From assembly GCF_964194025.1 (NCBI RefSeq), contig NC_134471.1, positions 70,680,001-70,744,000 on the forward strand: a DNA stretch of 64,000 nt, written 5' to 3'. The notes below the pieces were generated by a model. It was not told the DNA's origin, did no database searches, and saw only the letters and a list, made by a program, of their open reading frames with translations. Numbering within the stretch: the stretch's first letter is position 1; each line of letters starts with the position of its first letter. The DNA comes from Convolutriloba macropyga. Its lineage: Eukaryota. Below, one piece after another: positions 12,401 to 25,761 of the stretch. The position numbers and the translations under genes were made by a program.

Positions 12401-14242
12401 TTTAGATTGGCTTCATTATGAATGAATCTTTCATTTTTTCTGTATAAAAAATAAAACTTTGAATTCATTAAAGCTAAGAGCTAATTCTTAAACAAACGTA
12501 ACATTTTCTTCGTCCGGATTTAACACAGACAACTTTGAGAAAATATGGATTGAGTTCAAAACTTAGTCAACCTAAATTTAATTTTGATATACATATAACC
12601 CTAACAAAATCTCGCTATTTGCAGCCAACATTGACAAAACTGTTTCCGATAAACATACTTTTTCTCTTGATCGAATGTTTGTTTTGAGTGCAATCATAGT
12701 TGCGCTGAGAATCTAGCTGGTTTTGATATTGATTCACAAAAATGGAGAGAAAAAGCAGGTCTTGATGCTTTTCAGTTAACCTTTTCAAATCAAGAGAGCT
12801 TGAGTCGTTCTGCTTGCTTTGTTTTATGTGGAATTAGTAGGCGACTATTCCTTAGCATCAAAGAGTTGTATTGGTGTTTTATAGACGGGAAGCGAAAGCG
12901 AGGCTTAGTGATCTCATCGTAGACTTTGGACGATACGACGATGACAGTTTGTTCTACGGTTTTTTTTTGCGTGAAGTACTGTCTTGCGCTGAGAGGAAGA
13001 TTTACTTCATACGATACTCTGAGTTCACTTGGAGAAGCTGACTTTTGGACTTAGAGAGATTCCGACATAGATTTAATCGTTTATAGTAAGTTTTCATTTG
13101 GCTCATTTGTGTTCATGTAGTTATGTTTTTAGGTTAAAATAGTTATCTATAGAAGTTGCCGTGGTATGTATTTTCAACAATTTGTTTTAAGGGCACATAT
13201 TTTTAAATATTTGAGTTTTTGGCTTTTTCAATAACTACCGTTTTTTTGTGGATAGGATGGCTGGTGTATTTGGCTTCAATAGGGTTTGATTTTGGTTCTC
13301 CGGATGATCAATTTTTGCTTTTTGTTCTTTACTAAATTACGAATAAAAAATAAATCATGGTCAGTTTATTTGGGGGAGTTCCTTGCAGATGTTTAATATA
13401 GTTTGTTCTTGAGGTTCTTGTGCTTCGAGTCGCTACTGAAATTCCCCCTGCATGCTTTTTTCGATCTATTCTGTTTTAGGCCCCCAACTTAGAAGGCATA
13501 TAAATTGCGCACAGGAGTGCGTACTATTATTTACGTAGTAACGTGTTCTATCCCTAAATCATGCAAGCAATTTTCTCGATTTTTGTCGCTCCCCATAGCT
13601 CTAAACTACTAAGAATGGAGAAATTTTTTCCAAAAATCAGCTTTTCCGCGATTGACGATTTTTTTTCTCGGATATTACCGAATGGTCTAATGATGATGTA
13701 AATTGTTGAAAAAAGTTCACTCATTTTCGTGTTAGGGACATTTGCGTACTTTGTAGCGTTAAGCAGCCACAAAATGATAATTAAAAATTTTCGCTTGTGG
13801 CTACAAAAATTGCGCCAAATTGAGTTTTCGCCTAATATTGCATGCCCCTTATTGTCTTATTTGTTTCAATTATCCAATATAAGCTTCTATTTGGCTGTAT
13901 AAACTGAAATTTATTGTTCTGTTTTCATATTTGCTTTTCTGATCACACTTCTAAGAATTTTCTGTTCAGCAAACTACTGAATGGATTTGATCAGTGAATT
14001 AGTGAATGGTCGAATGAGCGTTTTGTTTTGAGCTCACAATTTTTGCCCGAATATCGATACAAAGTTTTCCAGAAGCTAATATTCACTGACTTGAAGATCA
14101 GCATAGCTTTTTTTCTTCCAGATTTGATGTTAAACGTGGAAATATTTGATTCACAACGAATTGCCGAAATCTCGTAGTTGATGGGAAATGTCATCTTTTA
14201 ATTTCCTTCAACTATTCCCCAATTTTTTGCAAATGTGCTCAT

Positions 14243-14452
14243 TAAAAACTGATTCCATCCAATTACTCCAATACGAAGCCTATGGGTCTCAAAAATAACT
14301 CTGAAATTTGCTCATTTATAGTTTTTCCAGGAGTGTTATGAAAAAGTTAGTTGTTTTTGTTTTTACTCTTTTCCTTTGATCAAAGCGGAAGGGAAAAGTT
14401 ATCAGCGGGCTTGTTCGAGCTGAGTGGAGTAATTGGATGGAATCAGTTTTTA
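14243..14452. mobile_element. MITE-like element with perfect 28-bp terminal inverted repeats
   Basis: taaaaactgattccatccaattactcca (14243-14270) is the exact reverse complement of 14425-14452. The terminal TA could be a target-site duplication. Confidence 0.7.
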
Positions 14453-15049
14453 TAGCTCTGATAGTCTTCTTTCACCATAATGATGATTGATGACATATCT
14501 GCATTCTCGGTAACAAAACCATTACAATTATTCACGCCTCATATTGTTGACATCAGGCATCCAGTTGTAAATTTTTAACTTCTAACCATATCAAAACTTG
14601 AACCCCGTATTAAGTTAAATAAGATTGTCGGTTTCAGTGTGATGCGGTGTTTATTTTCTGGCTGTTAAATAGATTTCGTGATAGCTTAATTTAGCGCTGT
14701 CGTAACTTAAAATTTTTCCCTTCAAAGCTAATTTGAACACGTTCTTGTGCATTTATTGGTTGCTCTCTTCAACGACATTTACTGTCCACGAATCCGACTT
14801 TACTTGACAATTAAGTAAAACTGCACCGACGAGGGGACAGAAATTTGTCTTAATACCAATTTTTGTTATAGATCGCAATTATAAGGGAGCTTTTTTCTCA
14901 CTCGCAAGAAACCATTAAAAACTGTAACTTTTGCGACTTTAAACCAACAATTTTTCACATTTATCGCATATGCATTTACTGTAAGACTGTTTTGCTGATC
15001 AGAGTAATATGAGAATATCTAATTTGGTCGAAGAAGTGCTTAGTTTTTT

Positions 15050-16830
15050 CACAGCTGCGAAGCTGTAACCCGAGCGGAGCTATATTGCGGTGCTGTTGGT
15101 TTTTTTTTACAATTCAAAGAATTTGAATTGCATTGGGGCGCTGTGTTTTTTAAGATGTATTCACACATTTTTCAATGACTTTGAGCTTTCAAAACGCAAT
15201 AAACAAGTAAAGCCCAGGGGGCATTAAGTTTCATTAGAGGCCCAAGGTAGACTTTACTAATCCTTCAAGTGCTTAGAGTGGTGCAGCTGCTGGGATGGCC
15301 TTAATTTACGGTTAAAAGATCGTGTTTAGGATTTTTGGGCTCAAAATGGTGCAAGTTTTCATGTTTTTTTTTATTTTTTGAGTTTTTTTGTTTGATTAGT
15401 CTTAGTTTGAAGTTTTTAAAAGGTGATGAAAGCCTTTTGCGAGAACAAATTGCTTGTTATGACCATTTTATGAGCTATCTTTTTTAGTACTACAAACACA
15501 AAAACGCAAAATGATACTAATTTTTTGCAATTTTTTTCAAGTTTTTTGATATTTTTTCTCATTTTTTGAGTTTTCCAACTTCAGGGACCATGGAATCTCC
15601 TTTGAGGTTTGATAATAGAGCATTGCATAGTTTCTAGTTGTAATGGATTGGTTTTCAACATTTTAATGTCTCGAATTTTAGCGTTTTTTAAATGAAATCT
15701 GCAAACCTATTCCATGGTCTGATAAAAAGTTACTGCATGACTGTTCCAATGGATTTGTTTTCAAAAATTTAGCGTTTCGAATTTAATTTTTTTAATAAAA
15801 TTTGCAATTTTCAAGTTTTTTCAAAATATTTGTATTTTAGTCAGTTTTTCTTGCCTCAGTGGTCAGGTAACGTTATCCTTTTTTGTATGTTATTAAATAG
15901 TTGCTATGGGGCAACATTTTAATCGAACGAATTTATATTTTTTTTAAATTTGAAGTTTTTTTAATAAAAATTTTGTCTATCGATCTTTGAGCCAATTGCC
16001 ATTTTCATTAAGATTTCTGTAAAATTGCAATTGGTTTCCTTTTTTAAATTTTTTGTTCATTTCCGAGTTAATCGATCTTCAAGGGCCAATGAATTTTTTC
16101 AGGTCATGCAGATATAATACTGGACCAATTTCAGAAAAAAATTGGTCTTGAACATATTTTTGAAATATGTACATTTAAGCGGATCAAATTTTGCCTAAGG
16201 GATAAAAGCTTTAATAGTTTTAGCAATGAGTATATTTTTGTTTAGTTTGTTTGTTTCTCAATTTTTTAGATGATTTTGTTTGTGTTTTGGCTTGCATTGT
16301 TCAATTGATCTGCTCGTCAGATAAAGTACTTCTAAGTTTTTCATTCGTTTCTTTGAATGGTATTTCAGGATTTGTCCTGTTATGTTTTTTTTGTTTCGTC
16401 TTCTGACGCTCTTTTTTCGTTTTACATTTGTTCACGTTCTGAATGACTTCTTCTTCTCACTAACTGCTTTTGCGCGCCTGACGTCATTTCTCACTCTCTC
16501 TAGCAAAAGTTTTTTGCGTGATTAGATTTTGATCATAATTGACTTACCTCACTCAATAAAATTATTTTTGTGCACTTTAAAATTAAAGTTTATTTTGAAT
16601 TAGTTTAAGGTCAAAGGAACTCATATGTGTAATAAGGGTCCCTAATGAAAAGGCTTCTGCGCAATGAATTTTAACAAGCTTCATTAATTTATCGTTTATT
16701 TTTTTACATAGCTTTTTGAGCGGCTTCGATAACTTTTTCAACTTATATTTGTATTTGTTTCTATCTCTATCATACGGCAAGCAAGTCTTTTCTTTCGCAG
16801 CTATTCCGGCAATCTGCCGGCTATGTTTTT
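15050..16830 (+). mobile_element. Composite or degraded HINE-like repeat(s)
   Basis: Its 5' motif at about 15060-15140 is shared with 1160-1240. Its 3' motif gcagctatt-ccggc-aatct-gccgg-ctatgttttt lies at 16797-16830. Confidence 0.45.
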
Positions 16831-18122
16831 GTATATTAAAGTCTTTTCGGCATCTTCTAGATATTTTGCTCCATATTGAGTGGTCAATTAATATAAATTC
16901 TTTGCCGTTAAATTTTTGTGGTCGTTCAAATGGGTTAAATCAGTTGCTTTTCAACGTTGTCTCAAAAAACGAATATATAGCTCTTAATTGCTCTCAGACC
17001 AAGTTTCTAGCTATTATAGTAGTCCTTTTTAGGAGGATGCGATATTAGGCTAAAGCTCGAATCGGCGAAAAGCCTTTTTTTGTAGCCATTAGGCTAACAT
17101 GTTTGTTACATTTTGTGGAAGTTGGGTGATAACCAACTAAAAAAGCTTGGACGGTGCTTCAGACTGTACATGAAGCTTTAAAATTATCAATTGTTCCTTG
17201 CATAATAATAGCTTGCAAGAGCACAGTCGACAATTGCAGCATTTTTGTTCGAGTTCATCTCCTAATTACGCCTAATTTTTTTTGCACCCAGTAGCTTGTA
17301 AATTTTCCCTGATATTTCCGGGGGTTGTAGAAATAATGTATTAACTCATTTTTATGTAAAGGCAATTGTATGTGACACTTGCTTATATTATATTGTCAAT
17401 TGGATTGTGAAGTACCATAAACATATGTTGTAATTCGCCAAATTTCTACAAAATTTGTAGTTAAAATTGTCGCCTAATAGCTACCAAAATTAGTTCCGCA
17501 TGATCGAGCGTTGGCCTAATGTCCTACTTCACCATTTTTATGCGGTTGTTTTGCCTAATTGCTTTTTTGTTCGATGCTTTGACTTTTTGAGTAACTTTTT
17601 CACGCTTGACTTCTTTATCTTGGCTTGATCTAAACTGTTCTTTCCGAATTTAAGTTGCAAACTTACTCTGCGGCAGGTTACTATTGGGTCCACTGAGAAG
17701 TGCGCCAATTCGTTTTGTTTCAGTTAAAATCATAGCAGTGGTCTTTAATAAGCTCTAAAACCATCATTTGAAAAGCCTTAGCGATATTATACCCCCTCAC
17801 CGGCTATATTAAGGCTCAATTGACCCCCCGCGTGTCGTTTTGAGTGAAATTATGTTACTGTTTGCAGCCCCTCCGTTGTACTCGCCCACGCACGAACATA
17901 CATACACACACAAACGCTCGTATTAACACAGGTGCAAATATCCACGCGTAATAGGCAGGTCTCGAAAGAAACGCCATCTAATTAACAATGAAGAATGTAT
18001 GTCGATGAAGCACCAGTGTTTTGAGGTATTGTTTTGAGTTTAGAGACCTACAATGAGACCTAAAGTAAGACTTAAGTCTCGTTCTCAATTCATAAAATGA
18101 TTTTTTTGCTTATTTATTTCAG

Positions 18123-18276
18123 ATGCTGGTTCGATGCAGAGTTCCAATCAATTCAACTAGATTATTCAGCTAATATATTCAACATTCCAAATAATCCAAC
18201 TGTTTTACAATCTTCCAAATAATCCAACTGCAATATTCAATCAACTTCTACAAACAACAATTGTACTGCTTTTTCA
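18123..18276 (+). other. Probable 5'-UTR exon of the retropepsin-RNase H gene
   Basis: Acceptor ttatttatttcag (18122) and donor gtaagt (18277). Upstream donors at 18026 and 18065; next acceptor tacag at 18815. An in-frame TAA sits directly before the ATG at 18821. Confidence 0.45.
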
Positions 18277-18820
18277 GTAAGTTAACTACATACAATTTTA
18301 TCCAATGACAATCTAGCAATTTAGTCTCTTTCAAATTCAATCAAATATATTCAGGGAGGAATTGTGTAATAATTTTTATCCATGACACTGTGCCTCTTTA
18401 ATAATTTTGACAGCAAGGTTGAGTGTAACAAAAAATTTGACGCGAATTTTGGGGAAAATGTTTTATTTGTTTCTATTACGAAAAGAACTAATTATCAGAG
18501 AAAGCTTATACTTTTTTATACGGTAGTGCAATTTTTACTAGTTTTTTGAACGTGTGAAACAGCGAGAAGAACCATGATAAATTCTTAAAAAATTTAAAAA
18601 ATTATTATAAATCTGCCCTAAGTAATAAACATTTTTGACGTCCAACCCTTGTTAACAATACAAAGATCTGTTGAAAACTATTTGATCAGCTTAGATCTGC
18701 TTAATTTGAAGCAATATTTTCTAGAAGATATATGTAGGGCATCTGTTTTGCATTCCATAATCTTTCAACAGCTCAGCAATAGAAGCAATCTATCGATTGG
18801 GATTTAAAATTACAGATTAA

Positions 18821-19164
18821 ATGGAATTCGACGGGGAAATTGAGGGTAGTGGGGTGACGGTGAAGGCATCCGACTACACCGATTCGGAGAGCATCATATC
18901 ACGCGATTTGTTCCACCATCTAAATTATTCCTACAATTGCCTGATTCCCATCAACGGTTATTTCATCAGGAAGGATCTGAGCCATAATTCGAAGGCGTGC
19001 AAGCTGAGTATCTTGGGAATCATGGATTTTGAAATTGACATGTGTTTGTACGACACCAGAGGGAGGAGATTCACTGTTAGATTGAGACCCTATGTCGTTG
19101 AGAGTGACTTCGATGATGTGGTGATTGGAAGAAATTTGATAAGCAACGTGTCAAGTAGAGGGGG
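18821..19164 (+). CDS. Coding exon 1 of a retropepsin-like/RNase H1 fusion gene: retroviral-type aspartic protease fold with a degenerate active site
   Basis: GEIEGSGVTVKAS-DYT-DSESIISRDLFHHL ... SILGIMDFEIDM ... FTVRLRPYVVESDFDDVVIGRNLIS follows the retropepsin pattern (g.i.g..v..l.D[ST]G....is..l...l ... dvilGr.fL). Strong donor GTGAGT at 19165, phase 2. Confidence 0.7.
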
Positions 19165-19416
19165 GTGAGTTTTATCTAAACTGCCCGATATCGGTCAAAT
19201 TAATGGTGATATCAAAGAAGTCGCTCGTACAGCAGTCAAATCTGACGTATCGGAACTACGTGCCATCGCAATTGTCTTCTGATGATAATTAATCCATAAT
19301 GTTTTGAAAGTTGGCATAAGATATGTGGAGAAATTAGGCTGATCAGTCAATTGCGCATGCGGAAAAAGTGCAGGCTATTGCTTAAATCTGAAATTGTTGC
19401 TAGCCCTAAACAGCAA

Positions 19417-19537
19417 TAAAATACTCACGTGCACCTTTTAAAATGCCGAAAGTCTGCAGTGCCAGAAGTTGCTACTTAGCCAGAATCTCAATTTCGTTGC
19501 CTTTCGTCATTTTAAAAAGTGCGCGTTTCGTGTTTTA
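19417..19537. repeat. Imperfect inverted repeat with about 37-bp arms (MITE-like)
   Basis: taaaatactcacgtgcaccttttaaaatgccgaaag pairs with ctttcgtcattttaaaaagtgcgcgtttcgtgtttta. Confidence 0.6.
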
Positions 19538-19540
19538 AAC

Positions 19541-19659
19541 ATGGTTAAGTGACTCTGCAGAAGTCACTTCGAAATTCTGACTTGATATCTCGAACCGCTT
19601 CGCGGTTCTCGATAAACGCCAGAAGTTCTCAGTGACTTCAAGCAGAGTCACTTAACCAT
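19541..19659. repeat. 119-bp near-complete palindrome (hairpin)
   Basis: Perfect 18-bp outer arms atggttaagtgactctgc ... gcagagtcacttaaccat; pairing continues inward to an apical gaaccgc-ttc-gcggttc. Confidence 0.75.
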
Positions 19660-22600
19660 TACTTCCATCTTTGAAAGTTTCTCAAATTGGCAATAAACTC
19701 GGGTTACTCGCTTGCATTAAACTGGTATCTGCCTTTTATGCTGTCAATTGTATTAGAGAGTTTTAGAAGTTAAATTTTCTGATCGTCACATTGCTACCAT
19801 TTGATTGATGGGCAGCTTATAACATTCAATTGTTTTAGTGCTGGGGCATGGTAAGTCGTACGATGGTAAAGTCCGATGTAATTATGCCCAGTGGCAATGA
19901 TTCGAAAATGCGGATCTCTTCCGTTTGTTTGTCCCCCCCCCCCTTCGCGTCTACGTCCCCCCCCCCCCCCCCACCAGTTCCCGCAGTTACCAGCGTATAA
20001 TAAAGTAAACCATTATGTACAAATATGGCATGTGCTATAGGTGGGGGGGGGGGTGCAAAACATCCCAAAAATGCTTTGGAAGTGCTAATTTTTCTGCATC
20101 TTTTCCGTTTGTAATACGTTACATATTGACGCATGATTTTTTGCTCTATGATTAATCATACTGTAACTGGAGACGCATACCGCACTTCGGCTCAATGACG
20201 GAAGAGACCCAATTTTTTTAGTATCAGCTTAAAAAGGAGCCAAATTTACATTTCTCTACATAAAAACATTAACCTTGATCGGATTGTCATTTGCCTTCAG
20301 CTCATACAGTTGCTTTCTTACAGAAATGAACAATGGCTTTCTAACAAACTGTGCTAGAGGCACCGTTAAATTCACTTTAATACAATTATGAGACATGAAT
20401 TCGCTACTAATTATGGCCTTCTTATTTTCAAATAAAAAATAGTTGTTGGGCGTAATTACAGTCGCGTTACTAGAAATCAGTTCTCTGAATGATAGGCTTT
20501 GATTTGATTTCTCACTTTTATGAGCACTATCTAATGCTTGTAATTAATCGTGGTCTAATCTTCAAATGTTTGACTTGTCCAAAGAAAATATTGGAACTGT
20601 TTCTTTGTCTGACGGTACAAATTGACCATCTAAAATCGAAACTTTAACAACTTTGTTATGGTATCACATAAATCGTTATTGATAGACATAGAACAAAAAC
20701 ACGCGTCAGTTTGTCCACACTGACTAATGGAAACAAAAAAGAGTGGGAGGTGCCAAGGAAACAGTTCCAAAGTGTGATCACTGTTGAGCTCAACTTGCAT
20801 TTACTTCTGTAGTTAATGGATATGGGGATGATGTGTTGTTTTTGCAGCTGCTGTTAACCATATATCTTCAGATCAAAAACATTTCTGCGAAAGAGTATTG
20901 TTCTATTTTGGCTTACGAAAAAAACTGTCTTTTCGCTGTGACAACTTTAATAGCTTTTTTGTTTTACGGAATTAGTATTTGTTCAGGTAGCGTTTTGGCC
21001 TAAAAGCGAAATCGAGGAAACGACATCGTGAACAAATTTTTCCTGGCCTAGAGGTTAATTTTTATTTATGCAGTGCTTTTAGTCGATGACTTATCAAATA
21101 GAAACGTGCTTACGGTTAAGCATTTTTAGCCGTTTTTTATCCTTAGGTCAATTTTTTTTTGGTATTAGTTAATAGTCGACGTCAGCCCCTCATCGGATTT
21201 TCTTACTTGCTCTCGAAGAGGAGTAATGGTGATCTATTTTTCAAATCCGTGAATTCTATATTAGGTGATGTTTTAGAGGAAGTCAAATGCCGCACAAGAA
21301 ACGAACTGTTTATGCCAATCTGCTGAACAACACTCAAAGGCAGATAGAGAATTTGGAGTTATTTTGTTGATCTTTTATTGTGAGATGGAGCGATCCAACT
21401 TGGTACGCTCAGCGAGCAAATAGCAATTTTTTATTACGTTCGGGTTTTGCGACGCAGTTTTTTTAGTTTTATTTCAACTTTATTGGAAAAAGGTTTGTGT
21501 CAATTATCTGAACTAGTTTTAATGCGTTTGGAAGCCCTTTTGACCATTGGACAAAAATATTAGACCTCTAGACTGTTTTGAGCTGTTTTTGCCAATTGGA
21601 CCCTTAGTTACCGTTTTTTTAAATTATTCTTCCATGTCTTATTGCTTCTAGGGAGTTTTTTAGTTGAACTTAAGTGCTCAAATGATTGAAGTGATCTTTC
21701 CATTTGATAGATTTTAGTTTTTTTTGTTTTTATTATAGAAAATGGGGGTAATTTTAATCATCTTTAGCCACCCGTTGCACGTGTTGTAAACGTGTTGCAC
21801 CCGCCTGTCATTCGCGAGCAATTCCTCGACATTAGTCGGTTTATGTTTTATTTCTGAATTTGAGCTTTGGGCTATAGTTTTTCTTGGTCACTATCTATGT
21901 CATATAGGTATCTGTTTTCATATAGATATCTGCTATTTGATTGTACAAAATTTTTTCCGGTTTTTAGTTGTCTTTTGCTGTTTAGTAATTATTTTACTAA
22001 CATTATATAGTTTACTGATTGAGCAAAAATTTTTTTACAGGTTTTCCGGAACAATTTTTAGGAGGTAGCGTTTTAAAATTTTTAAGGAACTTTGAGACAA
22101 TGTTTTTTTCTCTTTCCTTGGTTTTCTCTCTGTACTGTTCCTAATTTTTTTACATCACATGCAAGTCTTTCTTGAAGAAAGGCTATTTGTATTGCAAGTT
22201 GTTTTGCCATTAGTTATTTCAGAGTTGTAACGTGTTAAGAAATTTTATCAGATATTTTTACAGAAATCAATTTTGGGCATTCATCTTTTTTCATGTTTTT
22301 GTTTTAAATTGATAGAGTTATTCAGTAGGCTCATAATTATCTTTGATTTGGCGATTGGCAATGATTACTTCGGGTTTACTTCGCTTGGGTGCAGGAATCG
22401 TCGGCTATTTTTTAAAGATCTGTTCACACATTTTGATAATTTTTCTAGCCAATTTGAAGTGATTCTTTGGTCACGCCGAAGCAGGAAGTGTGGAGCAAAG
22501 AACCGGATGGTTTGGTGGTGTTGTTTTTTTTAAATTCTACAGTAGAGTGGGAATACGGTGTTTGAACAAAAATCGCTGTTGGTTTTTGTCAACATGCGGT

Positions 22601-25600
22601 AGTTAACTGTTTTTTCGATATTTTTGGTCAGATATTTCTGGCTGTTTCACCAATCAGTTCGTAGTGCCTTCTAATTTAGTCAATAACAATTCATCGAATT
22701 GCCGGTCAGTATTTGTCCTGCTACGGTTTTTACAGTCCAAATATTTGGATCGGATTGGTGCGCTTTCTTAAGATCTGTTCAGATTTTTCCGACTTTTTAA
22801 TGTGAATAAGTAAAATTTGAGTATTGATTCTAGTCCCGCTGTAGAAGTAAAGCACTGGAGAAGTGTAACTGCAATTTTGGTTTGAAGCTTAATTTAATTT
22901 AATCAATCGTTACAGTGGGGTGAATATTTGGTGTCTTGACTAATTTTTGGTTTTTGAGATAACATTTTTCACGTGCCTAAAATATGACTTCGGTTTACGA
23001 TGTTTTGAATATAGTGCAGAAATATATTAAAAACTTATTATAAACTTTCACACGTGGTTTAATTGCGTCTATTTGAACCTGCAGCTGCTGCTTTTCTGCC
23101 CGTGTTATAAAATATTAGTGAATTCTGTTTGCGTCTTTTTTACTCCTGTTGGCTTATCAGTCAGTCTTATTACTGGCAACCTCTTCGGTTTACCATTGAA
23201 AAAATTTTCTCAATTCTCATGTTGGAAGCAGTTAAATTATTTTTCTTTGTTTTGCATTTTTTTTGCTTAGAGGACACTAATTTTGAAAAAAATTCTGATA
23301 TTTGCGAAACGTTCTTTGTTTCATGGATTTATCCAAGGTTTTTGTAGGGTGAACTTAAGCTATAGTCAGTAGTTATATAAATTGTTGTTGTTTTTGGTGA
23401 TTTTTACGACAGTATTTTTGGAAAAATAAATTATTAAAACTAGCTGCCAGATTTTTTTTATTTGCGCATTTATAGACATATGCTTTGCTGACTGACAAAA
23501 TTTGATTTTTCTGGAAAAATGTTGATGTTCCGGTCATAGGTTAATCCAATTAATTAGGTTTTATTCCAGGGCTATGTTTCATATTAATTCGCTTTTACGT
23601 TTGATAACGTTTTTTGTTTTACATAAGTCACGATTTTGCTCAGACTTACCTCACTCACTTTTTCAATTGGATCAATTTTAGATGCTTTTATTCATTGAAT
23701 TACGCAATGTAGTGAATGTGGTGAAAATCAAGAGAGCAAAATCAAAGAAACGGGATAATCCAATAATCCCGGTCATTAAGTCATTAGGTTACCAAAGTTC
23801 AATGGAACGATTGCTAGCTGGCATCGGTACTAAGCAGAATAGCCTTCATTTTAGAAGCTGAATTAAGTATAATTTTCGAGCCTATCTGAAATTGTGCGCT
23901 CAATTAGAACAGTTTTTGACACTTTCGGTTAATTACGATATCCTCTTTTTTTGTGTTTCAATCCTTAATTGCGTAAAAGGAGGTTAACTGCGGCTATTTT
24001 TCGCGACATTGGCTGGCTATAGTGAAATTGATTTTGATCGAGGCAGCAGCTCTATTGAATTTTTATTAATGATTATTCATTAATCTTTGAATTGATTTGT
24101 TGTCAGTATATATGGCGAGGATGCTTTTGAGCTTTTTCTTTCTTTTTGAGCGTTTGAAGTGTTTTTTCTGAATGTTTGCTTGCAGTTCTGGTCGATCAAT
24201 TTGTTGCGTAATTTGTTTTGGTTCATTTAGTTGAGATATTTTATGATCATTAGATTTTTTGGCTATTCATAGCTAAATGTTTTTGACCGTAAGTGCATGA
24301 AAATTAAAGGCAAATTGGTTTAAATGACAGCTTCGTCTGTTATTCAACGTTACCTTTTATTTCAAAGAAGACTGCTTCATTTATAAGACAAATCGGCAAA
24401 ATCAAAATTTCAATTTTTTTGATTGACTTTTATTTACACTTAATTCATTTGCTTGTCGGTTATTAATTTTTCCAGGAGTCAGTTTTTTTTCTGACGAATG
24501 TAATGAATTTTCAAATAGGTTTCAACTGATTGAATAATTTTTGTTGCTCAGTTGTGTAAAAGCACTTTGATTGATTAAGATCTAATTTTATAACTGACTT
24601 TTTTTGCATTTTGTGATCCTAAAATTTAAACTTTTTGAGTTCCGGATTTTATAGTTTGTGATTATCGGCCCTAATTTTGCTAATGAACTACGTGTCTAGA
24701 TCTCTAAGGACAGTGTTGAGATCTGGATTCTCTCACCATGATTATTACCCGGGCGGTTTTCTTGAGTTTGCAAGTGTTTGTCCGTTTTAAAATTTTGACC
24801 ACTTCTGCTTCACCAGATAGTTTGTTTCTGTTTTTGTTACAAAAATTGAATAATTGCCTAAGATTTGATTTTGTTATTGTTTATCAATTTGTGTAATTTA
24901 TGAAATTTTCGATCATACATGACCTACCTCGCTAAATGACTTCTGCACTCGTTTTACTTATAATTTGAGAATTTAAACTCTAACTGAACTTCGATAAAGA
25001 TAGGATCGCGTGAAACAGATAGTTAACATGCTATATTGCTTGAAAGACATTTGTGTTTGTAATTAAGTTCGAAAATAATGATATAATTAAAAATCTGATT
25101 GTAATTTTTGATTGGCTTTTTGCCTTTGGTCTGGATAGTTTTTTTTTTAACTAGGAATCTTTTTCGTGGCTTATATTCTGGCAATCTGCCAGCTATGTTT
25201 CTTGAAGTTAGAGAGTTTCAATGCAAATTGGTCTTTTTGGCACCTGCTCTCAAAGTTTAGCATTTATGTCAGTCTGTTGGCATTCCCTTTTTCAGTTTTC
25301 GTCTAATCATTTTCCTTCCTAGTGGTTCCGTAAGATTAATTTAGCTACCCTGAAAGGTAATCACTTGAATGTCGTTTAAGAGAAAATAGTCAGCGACGTT
25401 TGATACTTATGTTTTTATTTACGACTAAAGGTGTTATAATTTGGTGTCCTTTAGATGTTCCAACTAACTGGGTTATCATCTCTAAACCATAAACACTATT
25501 TGTTTTCTAGCATTCATTAGCTTTCATATGACCTCTCACTCATGACGTAATCCTTTTTGAGGCGTTAGTGTATTTTCTTTCCCCATTTCATTATTTTTGG

Positions 25601-25612
25601 TAATATTTTCAG

Positions 25613-25761
25613 AGTCGAGGTTCTCGGACGCCGAGTGACGTTTGAAAGTGACCGGAGCGACGAGTTGATCAAATTGACTCTGTACCAGGACTCGTTCTCT
25701 TTCATCAGAAGTGGGTATCGCAATAAATACGTCGTCGTATATGTAGATGGATCGTGTTTTG
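25613..25761 (+). CDS. Coding exon 2 of the fusion gene: linker plus the first RNase H motif (VVVYVDGSCF)
   Basis: Acceptor taatattttcag (25612) and donor GTAAGT (25762). Phase 2 in and phase 1 out, matching both neighbouring exons. Translation VEVLGRRVTFESDRSDELIKLTLYQDSFSFIRSGYRNKYVVVYVDGSCFG. Absent from the ORF track. Confidence 0.85.

Noticed and set aside
12885-13086. Exon-like stretch ending in gtaagt
   Set aside because: Stops in the plausible frames, no recognisable homology and no partner exon identified.
13900-15000. Possible hAT transposase remnant on the minus strand (DSWT and VTENA-like motifs)
   Set aside because: Motifs are too short and degraded to support by eye; needs a translated search.
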